A DNA stretch of 58,430 nt from an uncultured archaeon (GTDB lineage Archaea; Aenigmatarchaeota; Aenigmatarchaeia; CG10238-14; SCSR01), in assembly GCA_964645905.1 (NCBI GenBank), contig CAZYBR010000001.1:1-58430 (forward strand), in the 5' to 3' direction. Made by a program: the position numbers and the translations under genes. Below, piece by piece: positions 10,517-19,940 of the stretch (within the stretch, counting starts at the first letter, position 1; the number at the start of each line of letters is the position of its first letter). A model generated the notes under the pieces. That model saw nothing but the letters and a program-made list of their open reading frames with translations, was not told the origin of the DNA and did not search any database.

Positions 10517-10609
10517 CGCTGAGGATGGGAGTCGAACCCACATAGGCTTGCGCCCGCCAGTTTTCCCGATAAATTCGAGACTGGTGCACTACCATTATGC
10601 GACCCCAGC
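10517..10609 (-). tRNA. tRNA-Ser(CGA) with an 11-nt intron at the canonical 37/38 position
   Basis: Reverse complement: GCTGGGG TC GCAT AATGGTA GTGC A CCAGT CTCGAA[TTTATCGGGAA]A ACTGG CGGGCGCAAGCCTAT GTGGG TTCGACT CCCAT CCTCAGC G. The long variable arm fits class II Ser. Confidence 0.85.
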
Positions 10610-10644
10610 AATTAACAATTTCTCGCAAATATTAAATAGCTTAT

Positions 10645-10851
10645 TTAGATAAGCCTGTAAAACCTCTGTTGGTCATGAGATTTCACTTTATCCTCTTTTA
10701 CTATGTCTAAAATTTCCATTAATTTTAGTGCTCGGTTAGTAGCATGCCAACTCAACCCAGCTTTTTTAGCTATAGTGTTTATTGACCCTTCCTTCAGTTC
10801 TAAAATTGCTTGATAAGCTTTCTTTACGATTTCCTCATGAGTACTTCTCAT
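10645..10851 (-). CDS. Small winged-helix DNA-binding protein (68 aa)
   Basis: INTIAKKAGLSWHATNRALKLMEILDIVKE... looks like an HTH recognition helix followed by a wing. Divergent from the LAGLIDADG-like ORF. Confidence 0.5.
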   Translation of the reverse strand: MRSTHEEIVKKAYQAILELKEGSINTIAKKAGLSWHATNRALKLMEILDIVKEDKVKSHDQQRFYRLI

Positions 10852-10917
10852 AATCAGGTTTAGTAGTTCGCATATATAAGCGAATGCTTAAATATTAGTT
10901 CGCACATATATACTAGT

Positions 10918-12096
10918 ATGAAATCTATGACCATTTGGGAAGATGTAAAGAAAAATTTACCTAGTTTTGAAGCTTATGTAAGGAATTCCCCAGATATAAG
11001 AAAAGTGCATTATTGGGACTTACCAGACCATCTAACAGTTGATATTTCTAATTTCAAGCTTCGCTCACCATCATTAAGCCTGAACAATCCTACAATAAAA
11101 ACAATAAAGAGAATTGTAGGGAAAGACGTTGAAGTAGAAACAAAAATAAGAAGAATCATTAATTGGACGATGAAAAGATTTGATCTGAATGTGAAATTGC
11201 CACTAGATTTAGTTAACGAAAATTACGTTTCGTTATATTCATTAATGTTATCGGAAGGTCATTACAGAAATGCATTCAGATTACAAGTGCCTGAAAAGGA
11301 ATTTCATCAAATATTTCTTAATTCAATTAAAAAGTTATTTTCTGGGAATGATTTCGCTAAATTATATTCAATAAACGAGAATGGTATTCCAAGATCAACA
11401 GGTTCCTCTATCTTGCGGTATTTTATACCGATTCCTGAGATTATACCGAGATTTATCTTAGATAATAAGGATTTTGCTAAACTTTATCTAAAGATAGCCT
11501 TCGAAGCTGAAGGCAGCATTCTGTCAAGAGGTATTATACAACTTTCTAGAAGCATAGAGTTGCCGAAAGAGATTATTTTCGAAGGTAAAATCGGAGAAAG
11601 AATTCCTGTTGGTTCTATAAGACAGAATTATCCTGCTCTTTATTCTAAGATACTCACTCATTTGCCAGCTACCCTAGTTGGAGAACATCTGATACTCAGA
11701 CGCCATTTCGACATAGAAAATAAAATTGTACCAGAAAGCGTTAGGATAAATAAAACTGCATTCAGAAGAGGGAAGTATTCTATTAAATGGAAATTACGAA
11801 TAACGTCCACTAATAAAAATAGATTTGTGAAAGAGATTGGATTTGTAACCAAAGTCAAAGGTGATAAAGCGTTAAAGGCACTGGGCATCCCAACTAGAAA
11901 TAAGAAATTCTTCGTTCTTGGAATAATGAAAGAAATTTCAAGGAGCAATGTGTTCACACGAAAAGATCTCATTGAGAAACTAAAAGACATTTACAAGTAT
12001 CCGCAATCTTTTATACAAAATTATGAAAGTATAGGTTTTATTAAACGAGTTGGAAAAGGTAAATATAGAATAGTCAATTCTTATCCACAAGAATAG
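10918..12096 (+). CDS. Free-standing double-motif LAGLIDADG-like protein with a C-terminal winged-helix module
   Basis: Two degenerate LAGLIDADG-type motifs about 85 aa apart (LYSLMLSEGH and YLKIAFEAEGSI), each keeping the acidic residue and Gly. C-terminus ...SIGFIKRVGKGKYRIV is wHTH-like. Confidence 0.5.
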   Translation: MKSMTIWEDVKKNLPSFEAYVRNSPDIRKVHYWDLPDHLTVDISNFKLRSPSLSLNNPTIKTIKRIVGKDVEVETKIRRIINWTMKRFDLNVKLPLDLVNENYVSLYSLMLSEGHYRNAFRLQVPEKEFHQIFLNSIKKLFSGNDFAKLYSINENGIPRSTGSSILRYFIPIPEIIPRFILDNKDFAKLYLKIAFEAEGSILSRGIIQLSRSIELPKEIIFEGKIGERIPVGSIRQNYPALYSKILTHLPATLVGEHLILRRHFDIENKIVPESVRINKTAFRRGKYSIKWKLRITSTNKNRFVKEIGFVTKVKGDKALKALGIPTRNKKFFVLGIMKEISRSNVFTRKDLIEKLKDIYKYPQSFIQNYESIGFIKRVGKGKYRIVNSYPQE

Positions 12097-12760
12097 CGTC
12101 ATTTACCTGTAAATAACCGCTATTAGTTTTATTATCCCAGATTTTCTCTGCCGATGTGAACTCTATTCTTTTCTTGAAGAATGGTGCATTACAAACGAAC
12201 GTATCGGCATGGCCACCTTCAAAATCTATGTCAAATCCATGCTTTTTGCTAAGTATCTTAAGTTGTTTTAGATTCTCTTCATCAATTCTTTTACCTAACC
12301 ACTCTGGACCCAGCCCGTCTGTAGCCACATTCGTAATTATTATATCAAACCCTGACCTTACTTCTTCGTCTATCAGCTGTTCTGATGTATATCCTTCATA
12401 AGGAACAATCAATTTCATGCCGAATTTTTGCGCGACTCTTCTCCATTCCCTGATTTGTGTTTCCTGTAATCCGACACCTCCAGCAAGAATTGCATCGACT
12501 CTCAGGTCTTTGAAAACTTGTTCTAATTCGTCAGCCTCCTCCTTTGCTCCGATCTTTTCAGACTTGAAATGAATTGCTGGTATGCCCAATGCTTCAGAGG
12601 ATAATTTTGTCCATTCTACTGTGGCATACTGGTATAAGAAAGATTCTGTGCTTTTCGGCTTTACTGAAATCAAAGTGACAACTTCATGTCCGTTATCTAA
12701 AGCCCATTTAAGACTTTGACAGCTGTCTTTGCCTCCGCTGAACATTACCGCGACTTTCAT
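12074..12760 (-). CDS. PP-loop ATP pyrophosphatase, diphthine-ammonia ligase (Dph6/MJ0570)-like
   Basis: MKVAVMFSGGKDSCQSL (SGGKDS PP-loop) at the N-terminus. The track start at 12781 is TTG; I use the ATG at 12760. Confidence 0.7.
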   Translation of the reverse strand: MKVAVMFSGGKDSCQSLKWALDNGHEVVTLISVKPKSTESFLYQYATVEWTKLSSEALGIPAIHFKSEKIGAKEEADELEQVFKDLRVDAILAGGVGLQETQIREWRRVAQKFGMKLIVPYEGYTSEQLIDEEVRSGFDIIITNVATDGLGPEWLGKRIDEENLKQLKILSKKHGFDIDFEGGHADTFVCNAPFFKKRIEFTSAEKIWDNKTNSGYLQVNDAILVDKN

Positions 12761-12798
12761 AACATCCTTTTTAACTTGCAAAGGTTTTAAGTTTAACT

Positions 12799-14334
12799 AT
12801 GCCTGTCCTGAAACTCGATTCCTTCGAGGCTAGAGACTATCAGAAGAACATAGCAAAGACCGCCGCCGAGAACAACACTCTTGTGGTTCTGCCTACTGGC
12901 ATGGGGAAAACTCTGATATCGCTTCTAGTGGCATCGGACAGGTTTGAGAAATTCCCAGAAAGCAAGGCAATGATCCTTTCACCGACTCGTCCATTATCTG
13001 CCCAACATCAAAAAACATTTCAAGATTTTACAACAATTCCAGAAAACGAGATAATACTTTTGACTGGCAAGGTAAGGCCTGAGGATAGGGCAGAACTGTA
13101 CAAAAAAGCTAAAGTGATAATTGCGACTCCACAAACAATAGAGAACGACATAGAGAACAACCGGATTAATTTCAATGATTTTTCATTCATGGTTTTTGAT
13201 GAAGCCCACAGGGCTGTAAAGGAGTATGCTTATCCGAATGTGGCAAAGAAATTCAGGATGCAGTCGCAGCATCCTTTGATACTTGGATTGACAGCTTCAC
13301 CGGGCGCTGCACAAGAAAAAGTTGATGAAATCTGCGACAATCTTTTCATTAAAAGGGTCGAAATAAGAAGTGAGAGTGATTTGGATGTTGAAAGCTATGT
13401 CCAGACTGTCCAGACTGAGACAATCTATGTCGAGATGCCAGAGGAATTCAAAAAAATAAAAGTCTTGTTAGAAGAGGCTCTCAAGGATGATTTGTATTGG
13501 CTGAAAGAACATCATTATACTTTCACTTACAAACCGACAAAGAGAATGCTGCTGGATACACAGAATAGAATTATCGGACGTTACATGAAAGGCTCTAAGA
13601 ATTATGCTGCTTTTTTTGCAGTGATGAGAACTGCGGGTGCAATCAAACTATCTCACGCAATTGAATTGCTGGAGACGCAGGGCGTGGGATTCCTGTATGA
13701 TTTCTTGAAAAGACTTGAAATAAGCAAAAAGAAAACAGATACAAGGTTATTCAAGGATCCAAGAATAAGAGAAGCTGTAAAACTATCCGATGAATTATCG
13801 GCAAAAGACATTGGGCACCCCAAATTGGGAAAGATAGCAGAGATAGTAAAAGATTTACTCTCCAAAAAAAATGATGCAAAGATTATCATATTTGCGAATT
13901 ATCGTGCAACTGTTGATAAAATAAATAAGATATTGACAGAAGCCGGGATTAATTCTGAGACTCTGATTGGCCAGGCTATAAAAGAAGGGAAAGGTCTCAC
14001 CCAACAACAGCAAGTCGATATATTGAACCGCTTTCGTCAAGGAGAATTTCCAGTGCTTCTAGGTACGCAGGTGATTGAGGAAGGCATAGACGTGCCGTCA
14101 ATCGATTACGCGATCTTTTACGAGTCGGTGCCGAGCGAGATAAGGAACATACAAAGAAGAGGGCGGGTTGGCAGACAATCGATTGGCAAGGTTATATTGC
14201 TGATAACAAAGGGCACCCGCGATGAAGTCTATCATTATTCGTCCATGAAGAAGGAGAAGAAAATGAAAGGCATGCTGTACAAAATGAAGGATAAAGGTAT
14301 TAAAAAGAAAGGCAATTTATTAGATTGGATATAA
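12799..14334 (+). CDS. hef: Hef/FANCM-family SF2 helicase (helicase portion only)
   Basis: DYQKNIA...LPTGMGKT (motif I), FDEAH (motif II), ...QRRGRVGR (motif VI). Followed by the ERCC4 nuclease ORF. Confidence 0.8.
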   Translation: MPVLKLDSFEARDYQKNIAKTAAENNTLVVLPTGMGKTLISLLVASDRFEKFPESKAMILSPTRPLSAQHQKTFQDFTTIPENEIILLTGKVRPEDRAELYKKAKVIIATPQTIENDIENNRINFNDFSFMVFDEAHRAVKEYAYPNVAKKFRMQSQHPLILGLTASPGAAQEKVDEICDNLFIKRVEIRSESDLDVESYVQTVQTETIYVEMPEEFKKIKVLLEEALKDDLYWLKEHHYTFTYKPTKRMLLDTQNRIIGRYMKGSKNYAAFFAVMRTAGAIKLSHAIELLETQGVGFLYDFLKRLEISKKKTDTRLFKDPRIREAVKLSDELSAKDIGHPKLGKIAEIVKDLLSKKNDAKIIIFANYRATVDKINKILTEAGINSETLIGQAIKEGKGLTQQQQVDILNRFRQGEFPVLLGTQVIEEGIDVPSIDYAIFYESVPSEIRNIQRRGRVGRQSIGKVILLITKGTRDEVYHYSSMKKEKKMKGMLYKMKDKGIKKKGNLLDWI

Positions 14335-14990
14335 TGGAAACGCAAAAGATTCTAAAGCCTGCAAATAAAGTTGTCATAATAGCAGATTATAGGGAAAAAG
14401 AAGTAATCGGGAATTTGAAGAACATAGGCGCTCATGTAAATGAAATGAGTCTTGAAGTCGGGGATTTTCTTTGCTCTGGAGATGGCATAGCCATTGAAAG
14501 AAAAACCCACTCCGATTTTGTTTCTTCGATAATTGATGGCAGGATATTCGATCAGGTGAAAAATCTGAAAGAAAACTATGGAAAGCCGGTGATAATTGTA
14601 GAAGGGTTTTCGGACAGGAATATTGATGATAATGCATTCAAAGCAACAATCGCAAGCATTATAACAAAGTTTAATGTTTCATTTGTCAATACAAAAAACT
14701 CATTGGATACTGCGAAAATGATTTATTGGCTTGCCAAGAAAGAACAGCAAGATGGTGCAAAAGACTTGGGATATAAGAAAGGCAAGAAACCAAAAGATGC
14801 AAAACGATTGCAAGAATTCATATTATCAGGCATCCCTGGAATATCAAATGTACTCGCAAAAAGATTGCTAGAAAACTTTGGAAGTGTAGAAAAAGCATTC
14901 GCGGCATCTGAAAACGATTTGTCTAAAGTCAAAGGTGTGGGTAAAAAACTCGCACGGAAAATTAAAAATATTTTAACAGGCAGATATTAA
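14334..14990 (+). CDS. XPF/ERCC4-type nuclease with C-terminal (HhH)2 (nuclease portion of Hef)
   Basis: ADYREKE...GDF...IERKT (ERCC4 signature) plus GIPGISNVLAKRLLENFGSVEKAF...VKGVGKKLARKI (HhH2). The ATG at 14334 shares its A with the helicase stop (TAATG). The track start at 14325 is TTG. Confidence 0.8.
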   Translation: METQKILKPANKVVIIADYREKEVIGNLKNIGAHVNEMSLEVGDFLCSGDGIAIERKTHSDFVSSIIDGRIFDQVKNLKENYGKPVIIVEGFSDRNIDDNAFKATIASIITKFNVSFVNTKNSLDTAKMIYWLAKKEQQDGAKDLGYKKGKKPKDAKRLQEFILSGIPGISNVLAKRLLENFGSVEKAFAASENDLSKVKGVGKKLARKIKNILTGRY

Positions 14991-15097
14991 TGGTGTCAAT
15001 CTGAAGAATGCGCTGGAAAAATTGGATGATATTAAAGCAGTAAGAATAGATTATATAGAAAAGAGGCTCGCTGGCGCTAAAAGTCTGGATTGATCGA

Positions 15098-15643
15098 ATG
15101 GCTAAAAGGTTAAAGAAAAAGGAAAGACTGATCAAAAAACTCAAATCTGTATTAATTTTCTTAGCGATTTTCAATTTGCTTGCGATTCCGCTTTATTTTG
15201 CGCTTTACAATGACTTTTCATTCAGGCCGCTGCAAGAACTCAATGCGAATCTGGTCGCCGGCACTCTCAAGACCATAGGATACAATGCTTATGCAGATGG
15301 CATTTCTGTCGTCCTGCAGTCGGACGGAATTACGCGAAATATTGACATATCATGGGATTCGTCTGGATGGAAAAGCATGTATGCCGTTGCTTCATTGATT
15401 CTAGCGACCCCTGTATCGCGACTGGCGAGGAAAATGGGATTTGCTGCAGCTGCGGTGGGTATAATATTCCTGGTCAATTATCTCCGTATATTGACGACGA
15501 TCTGGATATCTGCCAAGTTTGGCTTTGACCTCTTCGATGTAATACATACTATCCTGTGGAGAGAGGGGCTAATCATGGTCGTTGTGGCTGTCTGGCTCGG
15601 CTGGGTCGCGATGGAAAAGTATAATATAGGGAAAATTAAATAA
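15098..15643 (+). CDS. Exosortase/archaeosortase-family-like membrane protein (181 aa) with Ser at the expected nucleophile Cys position
   Basis: Polytopic. ISWDSSGWKSMYAVASL aligns by eye with the family ..ACSG.RS. motif. NYLRI and HTILWREG fit the downstream conserved Arg and His/Arg positions. Confidence 0.45.
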   Translation: MAKRLKKKERLIKKLKSVLIFLAIFNLLAIPLYFALYNDFSFRPLQELNANLVAGTLKTIGYNAYADGISVVLQSDGITRNIDISWDSSGWKSMYAVASLILATPVSRLARKMGFAAAAVGIIFLVNYLRILTTIWISAKFGFDLFDVIHTILWREGLIMVVVAVWLGWVAMEKYNIGKIK

Positions 15644-15657
15644 GATTTAGATAAATA

Positions 15658-17127
15658 ATGCCAGAAGAAACCCCTGTTGTGGCAGAAAACGCTTCTATTG
15701 ACGAACATATTACTGAGCCAAGCGAAAAGCCTAAACATACAAAGGCACAGAAGCCTGACGGCAACCTGTTGAAAAGAGATATCGCATTTTTACAAAAGAA
15801 ACTGGCTGAATTGGAGATTTCTGTTTCTGAAGTGCAGGAAGGCATGCAGAAGATAGACATTGCGCAGCTTGATGATTTCAAGAAACGTGTCGAGGATGTC
15901 GAAGATCTGACGATGGTCGAGAATGCCGCTGTTATCGAATTGAAAAATTTATTTGAAGGAAGTGCCAAGCCCGAACAGCCTCAAGAGAATCCACAGTTGG
16001 AAGAAAGACTGAATTCAATTGAGCAGAAAATCCAGAGCATACCAGCTAACGAGGCACCGACAGCTCCTGTTGACACTTCAAAACTAGACGAAAATATAGC
16101 TGAAATAAAATCCAGCTTTGAGAATTTGAAGTCCGATCTGGAAGCGAAGGTGTTATCGATTGAGCAGAAAACCGCGACAGTGTCGCCAAGTCCAGATATT
16201 GATAGAATAAAGGATGAAGTAAGAAGTTTTGTGATGTCGTCACTGCCTGATTATCAATGGATAAACAATGAATTGCAGTCATTCAAATCATACTTTGACG
16301 CCGAAAAGGCGAGGATTGATGCATTGATGAGCAAAATAGATGCTGAAATGCGAATCCCGCTGCCAGAAAAGGCTTTGGAAGAACTGGAAAAAATCAGAAA
16401 TGACTGGATGATAAATATTGCGAAAATAGATGCAGTCGAGAAATTTACGCAGAGTTTCAGCAATGAAATAAATGTTATCAAGCCGACGCTCAAGAAGCTG
16501 GAGACTTTTGAGAAATTGATGGACTTGCAGAGCGAAATGGCAGAAAAGATGGAGACATTCAAGGAATACAGCGAGCACATCGAAAAGGCGATGTCAAAGA
16601 ACGAAGAAGCAGAGAAAAATATCCAGCAGGAATTCAAAAAGATTAAAAACACAGAGAAAATGTTCTCACAGTTTGATCAGTCGCTATCTAATCTGGCGAA
16701 AGAAATAGAAAAGAGCAAGAAGCAAATCGAAGATATTGCTAGTCCTTTGCAGGATAAAACCGAGACTTTGTCCAAAAGCATAGAAGATGTCCAGGATACT
16801 ATAATGAGTCTAGACAAAAGATTTGACACGGCAGAAAGAACAATTTCGAGCACTCAAGATGACATGTCGGCTTTGCAAGGAAACATGATGGCATTGGAGG
16901 GAAGCATTAAGAAAGAGGCTGGTGCGGGGAATGAAGATATAATTCGCCAAGTTCTGAATAAGTTCAGCAGGCTCGAAGAGCAGGTCGATATGTTGTACGC
17001 ATCTCAAAGTGTAGGAAGCCAAATGTCGCAACTTGTAGAGAGGATTGTATTTCTAGAGTCTAGGCTTGCTGCGATGGAAGGCATGATGCAGGAAATGCCT
17101 AGATATTCGCCTATAGTTGTAGAATAA
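15658..17127 (+). CDS. Acidic coiled-coil protein (489 aa), function unknown
   Basis: Long heptad-like Glu/Lys/Gln-rich sequence. No NTPase motif and no TM segment. Confidence 0.5.
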   Translation: MPEETPVVAENASIDEHITEPSEKPKHTKAQKPDGNLLKRDIAFLQKKLAELEISVSEVQEGMQKIDIAQLDDFKKRVEDVEDLTMVENAAVIELKNLFEGSAKPEQPQENPQLEERLNSIEQKIQSIPANEAPTAPVDTSKLDENIAEIKSSFENLKSDLEAKVLSIEQKTATVSPSPDIDRIKDEVRSFVMSSLPDYQWINNELQSFKSYFDAEKARIDALMSKIDAEMRIPLPEKALEELEKIRNDWMINIAKIDAVEKFTQSFSNEINVIKPTLKKLETFEKLMDLQSEMAEKMETFKEYSEHIEKAMSKNEEAEKNIQQEFKKIKNTEKMFSQFDQSLSNLAKEIEKSKKQIEDIASPLQDKTETLSKSIEDVQDTIMSLDKRFDTAERTISSTQDDMSALQGNMMALEGSIKKEAGAGNEDIIRQVLNKFSRLEEQVDMLYASQSVGSQMSQLVERIVFLESRLAAMEGMMQEMPRYSPIVVE

Positions 17128-17153
17128 TTAAGTTTCACTAACATACTAATTTC

Positions 17154-19217
17154 ATGTCATATACTCTGATAATTTCAGAAAAGCCTGATGCAGCAAGGCG
17201 TATATCAGAATCGATTGCTGATGCAAAACCGACAATCATAAGAAAAAATGGCGTGGATTATTACGAATTCACTGTGAACGGGAACCCCCACATCTGCGTG
17301 CCTGCTGTCGGGCATCTCTTTGTCCTAGACGCGAAGAAGGGTGCTGGGAAAGGCTGGACATATCCTGTTTTTGATTACAATTGGATACCGACTTATGAAA
17401 GGAAGGGGACAGAATGGACTGAAAAATATTTCCGAAATATAGAATATCTGGCCAAAGGTGCCGGGGATTTCATTGACGCCGCCGACGTTGACAATGAAGG
17501 AGAAGTCTTGCTGTATAATATTTTGAGATTTCTTTGCGGCGTCGAAGATGCCAAGAGAATGAAATTCTCCACATTAACAAAAGACGAGCTGATCGAGTCT
17601 TACAAAAAAATGGAAGACCACATAATGTTTCCGATGCTCCAAGCCGGACTTACACGGCATGAGCTCGACTGGCTTTATGGCATCAATGTCACAAGGGCGC
17701 TGACGATTGCATTGAAGGTTGCAAGCAAAGGCTTCACTGTTCTTTCCACAGGGCGTGTCCAGGGCCCGACACTTCAGATGCTGATGGAACGTGAAACTGA
17801 AATTAAAAATTTCAAATCAATGCCGTTTTGGCAACTGGAATTGCATGTAAACATTGATGGACAGGATATTGTAGCGGTTTTCGAACAGGAAAAGATATGG
17901 AAAAAGGAAGACGCTGAGAAAATATTCCAAAACAGCAAAGACAAGGACGCTGTAATAAAAGACATCAAGAAAAAACAGTACCAACAATATCCACCAGTTC
18001 CGTTCAACACGACAGATATGCAGTCTGAAGCATACTCTCATTTTAAATTCTCTCCCACGCAAACTCTGAGCATCGCAGAATCGCTTTACCAGGCTGGATA
18101 CATCTCTTATCCGAGGTCTTCGTCGCAAAAACTTCCGCCAGGAATAGGCTATCAGAAAATTATAAAGGCTCTCGGGAAATTAATTGATTACAAAAAATTT
18201 GCTGAAAAATTGCTGAAGGGCAGATTAAGACCTGTAGAGGGTGCAAGAGACGACCAAGCTCATCCGGCTGTATATGCAACACACGAAGTGCCTGATCCTA
18301 GAAAATTAAATGTCCAACAGAAGAAAATTTACGATATTATCGCCAGGAGAACTCTAGCTGCTTTCGCTGAACCAGCTGCAAGAGAGACAAATACTGTTGC
18401 TTTGGATGTCAACGGCAGCAAATTTTTGCTCGTGGGAAAGAAAACCATTGAACCGGGATGGACTGAAATTTATTCCCCATACACATCAAGAGATGAAATG
18501 CTCCTGCCTGAAATGAAGATCAGGGATGTCTTGAAAGTGAATAGTCTGGAAATGCTCTCCAAGGAGACCCAGCCTCCTGGAAGGTTCTCGCAAGGCTCCA
18601 TTGTGAAAGAACTGGAAAAAAGAGATTTGGGGACGAAAGCTACGCGCGCAGAAATATTGCAAACACTCTATGACAGGGGATATATCATCGGGAAAACCAT
18701 ACAAGTGACGAAATTAGGCGAAGCAGTGGCCCAGGCATTGAAAGAATATTGTCCGAAAATAGTCAGCGAAGAGCTTACAAGACACTTTGACGATGAGATG
18801 GAGCAGGTCTACAACAAGCAGAAAGAAAGGAGCAAGGTTGTCGAAGAAGCCAAGGACGTTCTTGCCGGAATCCTAGAAGAGTTCAAGAAGAATGAAGTGA
18901 GAATAGGGGAAAAACTGCTGGAAGGCTTGAAAGAAGCCAGGGACGCCGCAAGCAGATTAGGCGAATGCCCTAAATGCAGCAATGAGCTTAGGATATTGAG
19001 GTCGAAAACCGGAAAATTTTTCGTAGGATGCAAAGGTTATCCGGCTTGCACAAACACATATCCGCTGCCTGGGATGGCGAAGATACAAGCAACCGGCAAG
19101 GCCTGTGACAAATGCGGAACGCCGATTATCCAGGTGATAAGGCGTGCCAGAAGGCCGTTCAGGATGTGCCTTTACCCGGAATGCCCCACAAAAGCAGGCT
19201 GGAAAAAGAAAAAATAA
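17154..19217 (+). CDS. topA: Type IA DNA topoisomerase with C-terminal zinc ribbons
   Basis: Toprim (LIISEKPDAA...DADVDNEGE), active-site Tyr context GYISYPRSSSQ, and C-terminal CPKC...C..YPAC and CDKC...CLYPEC zinc ribbons. Confidence 0.9.
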   Translation: MSYTLIISEKPDAARRISESIADAKPTIIRKNGVDYYEFTVNGNPHICVPAVGHLFVLDAKKGAGKGWTYPVFDYNWIPTYERKGTEWTEKYFRNIEYLAKGAGDFIDAADVDNEGEVLLYNILRFLCGVEDAKRMKFSTLTKDELIESYKKMEDHIMFPMLQAGLTRHELDWLYGINVTRALTIALKVASKGFTVLSTGRVQGPTLQMLMERETEIKNFKSMPFWQLELHVNIDGQDIVAVFEQEKIWKKEDAEKIFQNSKDKDAVIKDIKKKQYQQYPPVPFNTTDMQSEAYSHFKFSPTQTLSIAESLYQAGYISYPRSSSQKLPPGIGYQKIIKALGKLIDYKKFAEKLLKGRLRPVEGARDDQAHPAVYATHEVPDPRKLNVQQKKIYDIIARRTLAAFAEPAARETNTVALDVNGSKFLLVGKKTIEPGWTEIYSPYTSRDEMLLPEMKIRDVLKVNSLEMLSKETQPPGRFSQGSIVKELEKRDLGTKATRAEILQTLYDRGYIIGKTIQVTKLGEAVAQALKEYCPKIVSEELTRHFDDEMEQVYNKQKERSKVVEEAKDVLAGILEEFKKNEVRIGEKLLEGLKEARDAASRLGECPKCSNELRILRSKTGKFFVGCKGYPACTNTYPLPGMAKIQATGKACDKCGTPIIQVIRRARRPFRMCLYPECPTKAGWKKKK

Positions 19218-19246
19218 GTTTTATACTAGGAAAATATAATTGTCTT

Positions 19247-19480
19247 ATGCCAGTGCAAAGAAAAAGGGCAGCTAAGCATGGGAAATATATCCTGCCTTTG
19301 TTCGTCATCGCATCCGCGCTTGTTTTCGCAGTCCTGTTCGCCATAGTCGTGATGCCTGCCGTGGTCACGAAATTCGGGTTCATTCCGGTGCTGATTTTGC
19401 TGCTGGTTGTATCAGGAGTTACATCGGCCATACTTGCAATCCTGTTCTACCTCTTGCTGAAGAGAGAAATAAGATTTTAA
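19247..19480 (+). CDS. Small membrane protein (77 aa)
   Basis: Track ORF 19112..19480 trimmed to the internal ATG at 19247, because upstream codons overlap topA. MPVQRKRAAKHGKY followed by two hydrophobic helices. Confidence 0.4.
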   Translation: MPVQRKRAAKHGKYILPLFVIASALVFAVLFAIVVMPAVVTKFGFIPVLILLLVVSGVTSAILAILFYLLLKREIRF

Positions 19481-19488
19481 AATTTAAT

Positions 19489-19647
19489 TTAATCGAAGAA
19501 ATCCCATATTGCTGATGCCAGAAGCATTATTACCAGGAATGTTACAAAGCCTGCAGGCACGCCTAGGTCAGCTCTATTGAACAGCATTATGAGCGCTATT
19601 ACTCCTTGTATTCCAGCGAAATACATATCCGCAGGGTTCATTGGCAT
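19489..19647 (-). CDS. Possible small membrane protein (52 aa, below the track threshold)
   Basis: Own translation: MPMNPADMYFAGIQGVIALIMLFNRADLGVPAGFVTFLVIMLLASAIWDFFD*. Two hydrophobic helices. Lies in an otherwise empty gap. Confidence 0.25.
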   Translation of the reverse strand: MPMNPADMYFAGIQGVIALIMLFNRADLGVPAGFVTFLVIMLLASAIWDFFD

Positions 19648-19940
19648 AAATCTATTATGTTTTTTTATATATTTAAATTTTTTGTAATCTTTTTTTTAAA
19701 AAAGAATTTTACGGAAATTTTTTCTTGGGAAAATCTTGGAAAAGATTATTTTTCCGTCATTTTTCAGCATTCTGCACGGTCTGCTTGGCATCATCATGCT
19801 TTTCCTCGGACATCGTGCCCAATTGGGCGCCATAAATAAAGCACAACGCAAAATACTGATAAAATATTGCATGAATACCTTGTCCAGCTTCGACAAGAAA
19901 TTGGTAAGCAAATATAAACTTCAAGGAGAATTTCAATTGA

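Noticed and set aside
10505-10543. N-terminal extension of the histidine-phosphatase ORF as given in the track
   Set aside because: The extra 13 codons overlap the 3' part of tRNA-Ser on the same strand. An in-frame ATG at 10504 gives a typical family N-terminus.
15636-16652. Minus-strand ORFs of 110, 78, 132 and 96 aa inside the coiled-coil gene
   Set aside because: They are antisense to a long uninterrupted 489-aa frame. Their Ser/Phe/Ile-rich translations are typical of the reverse complement of Glu/Lys-rich coding DNA.
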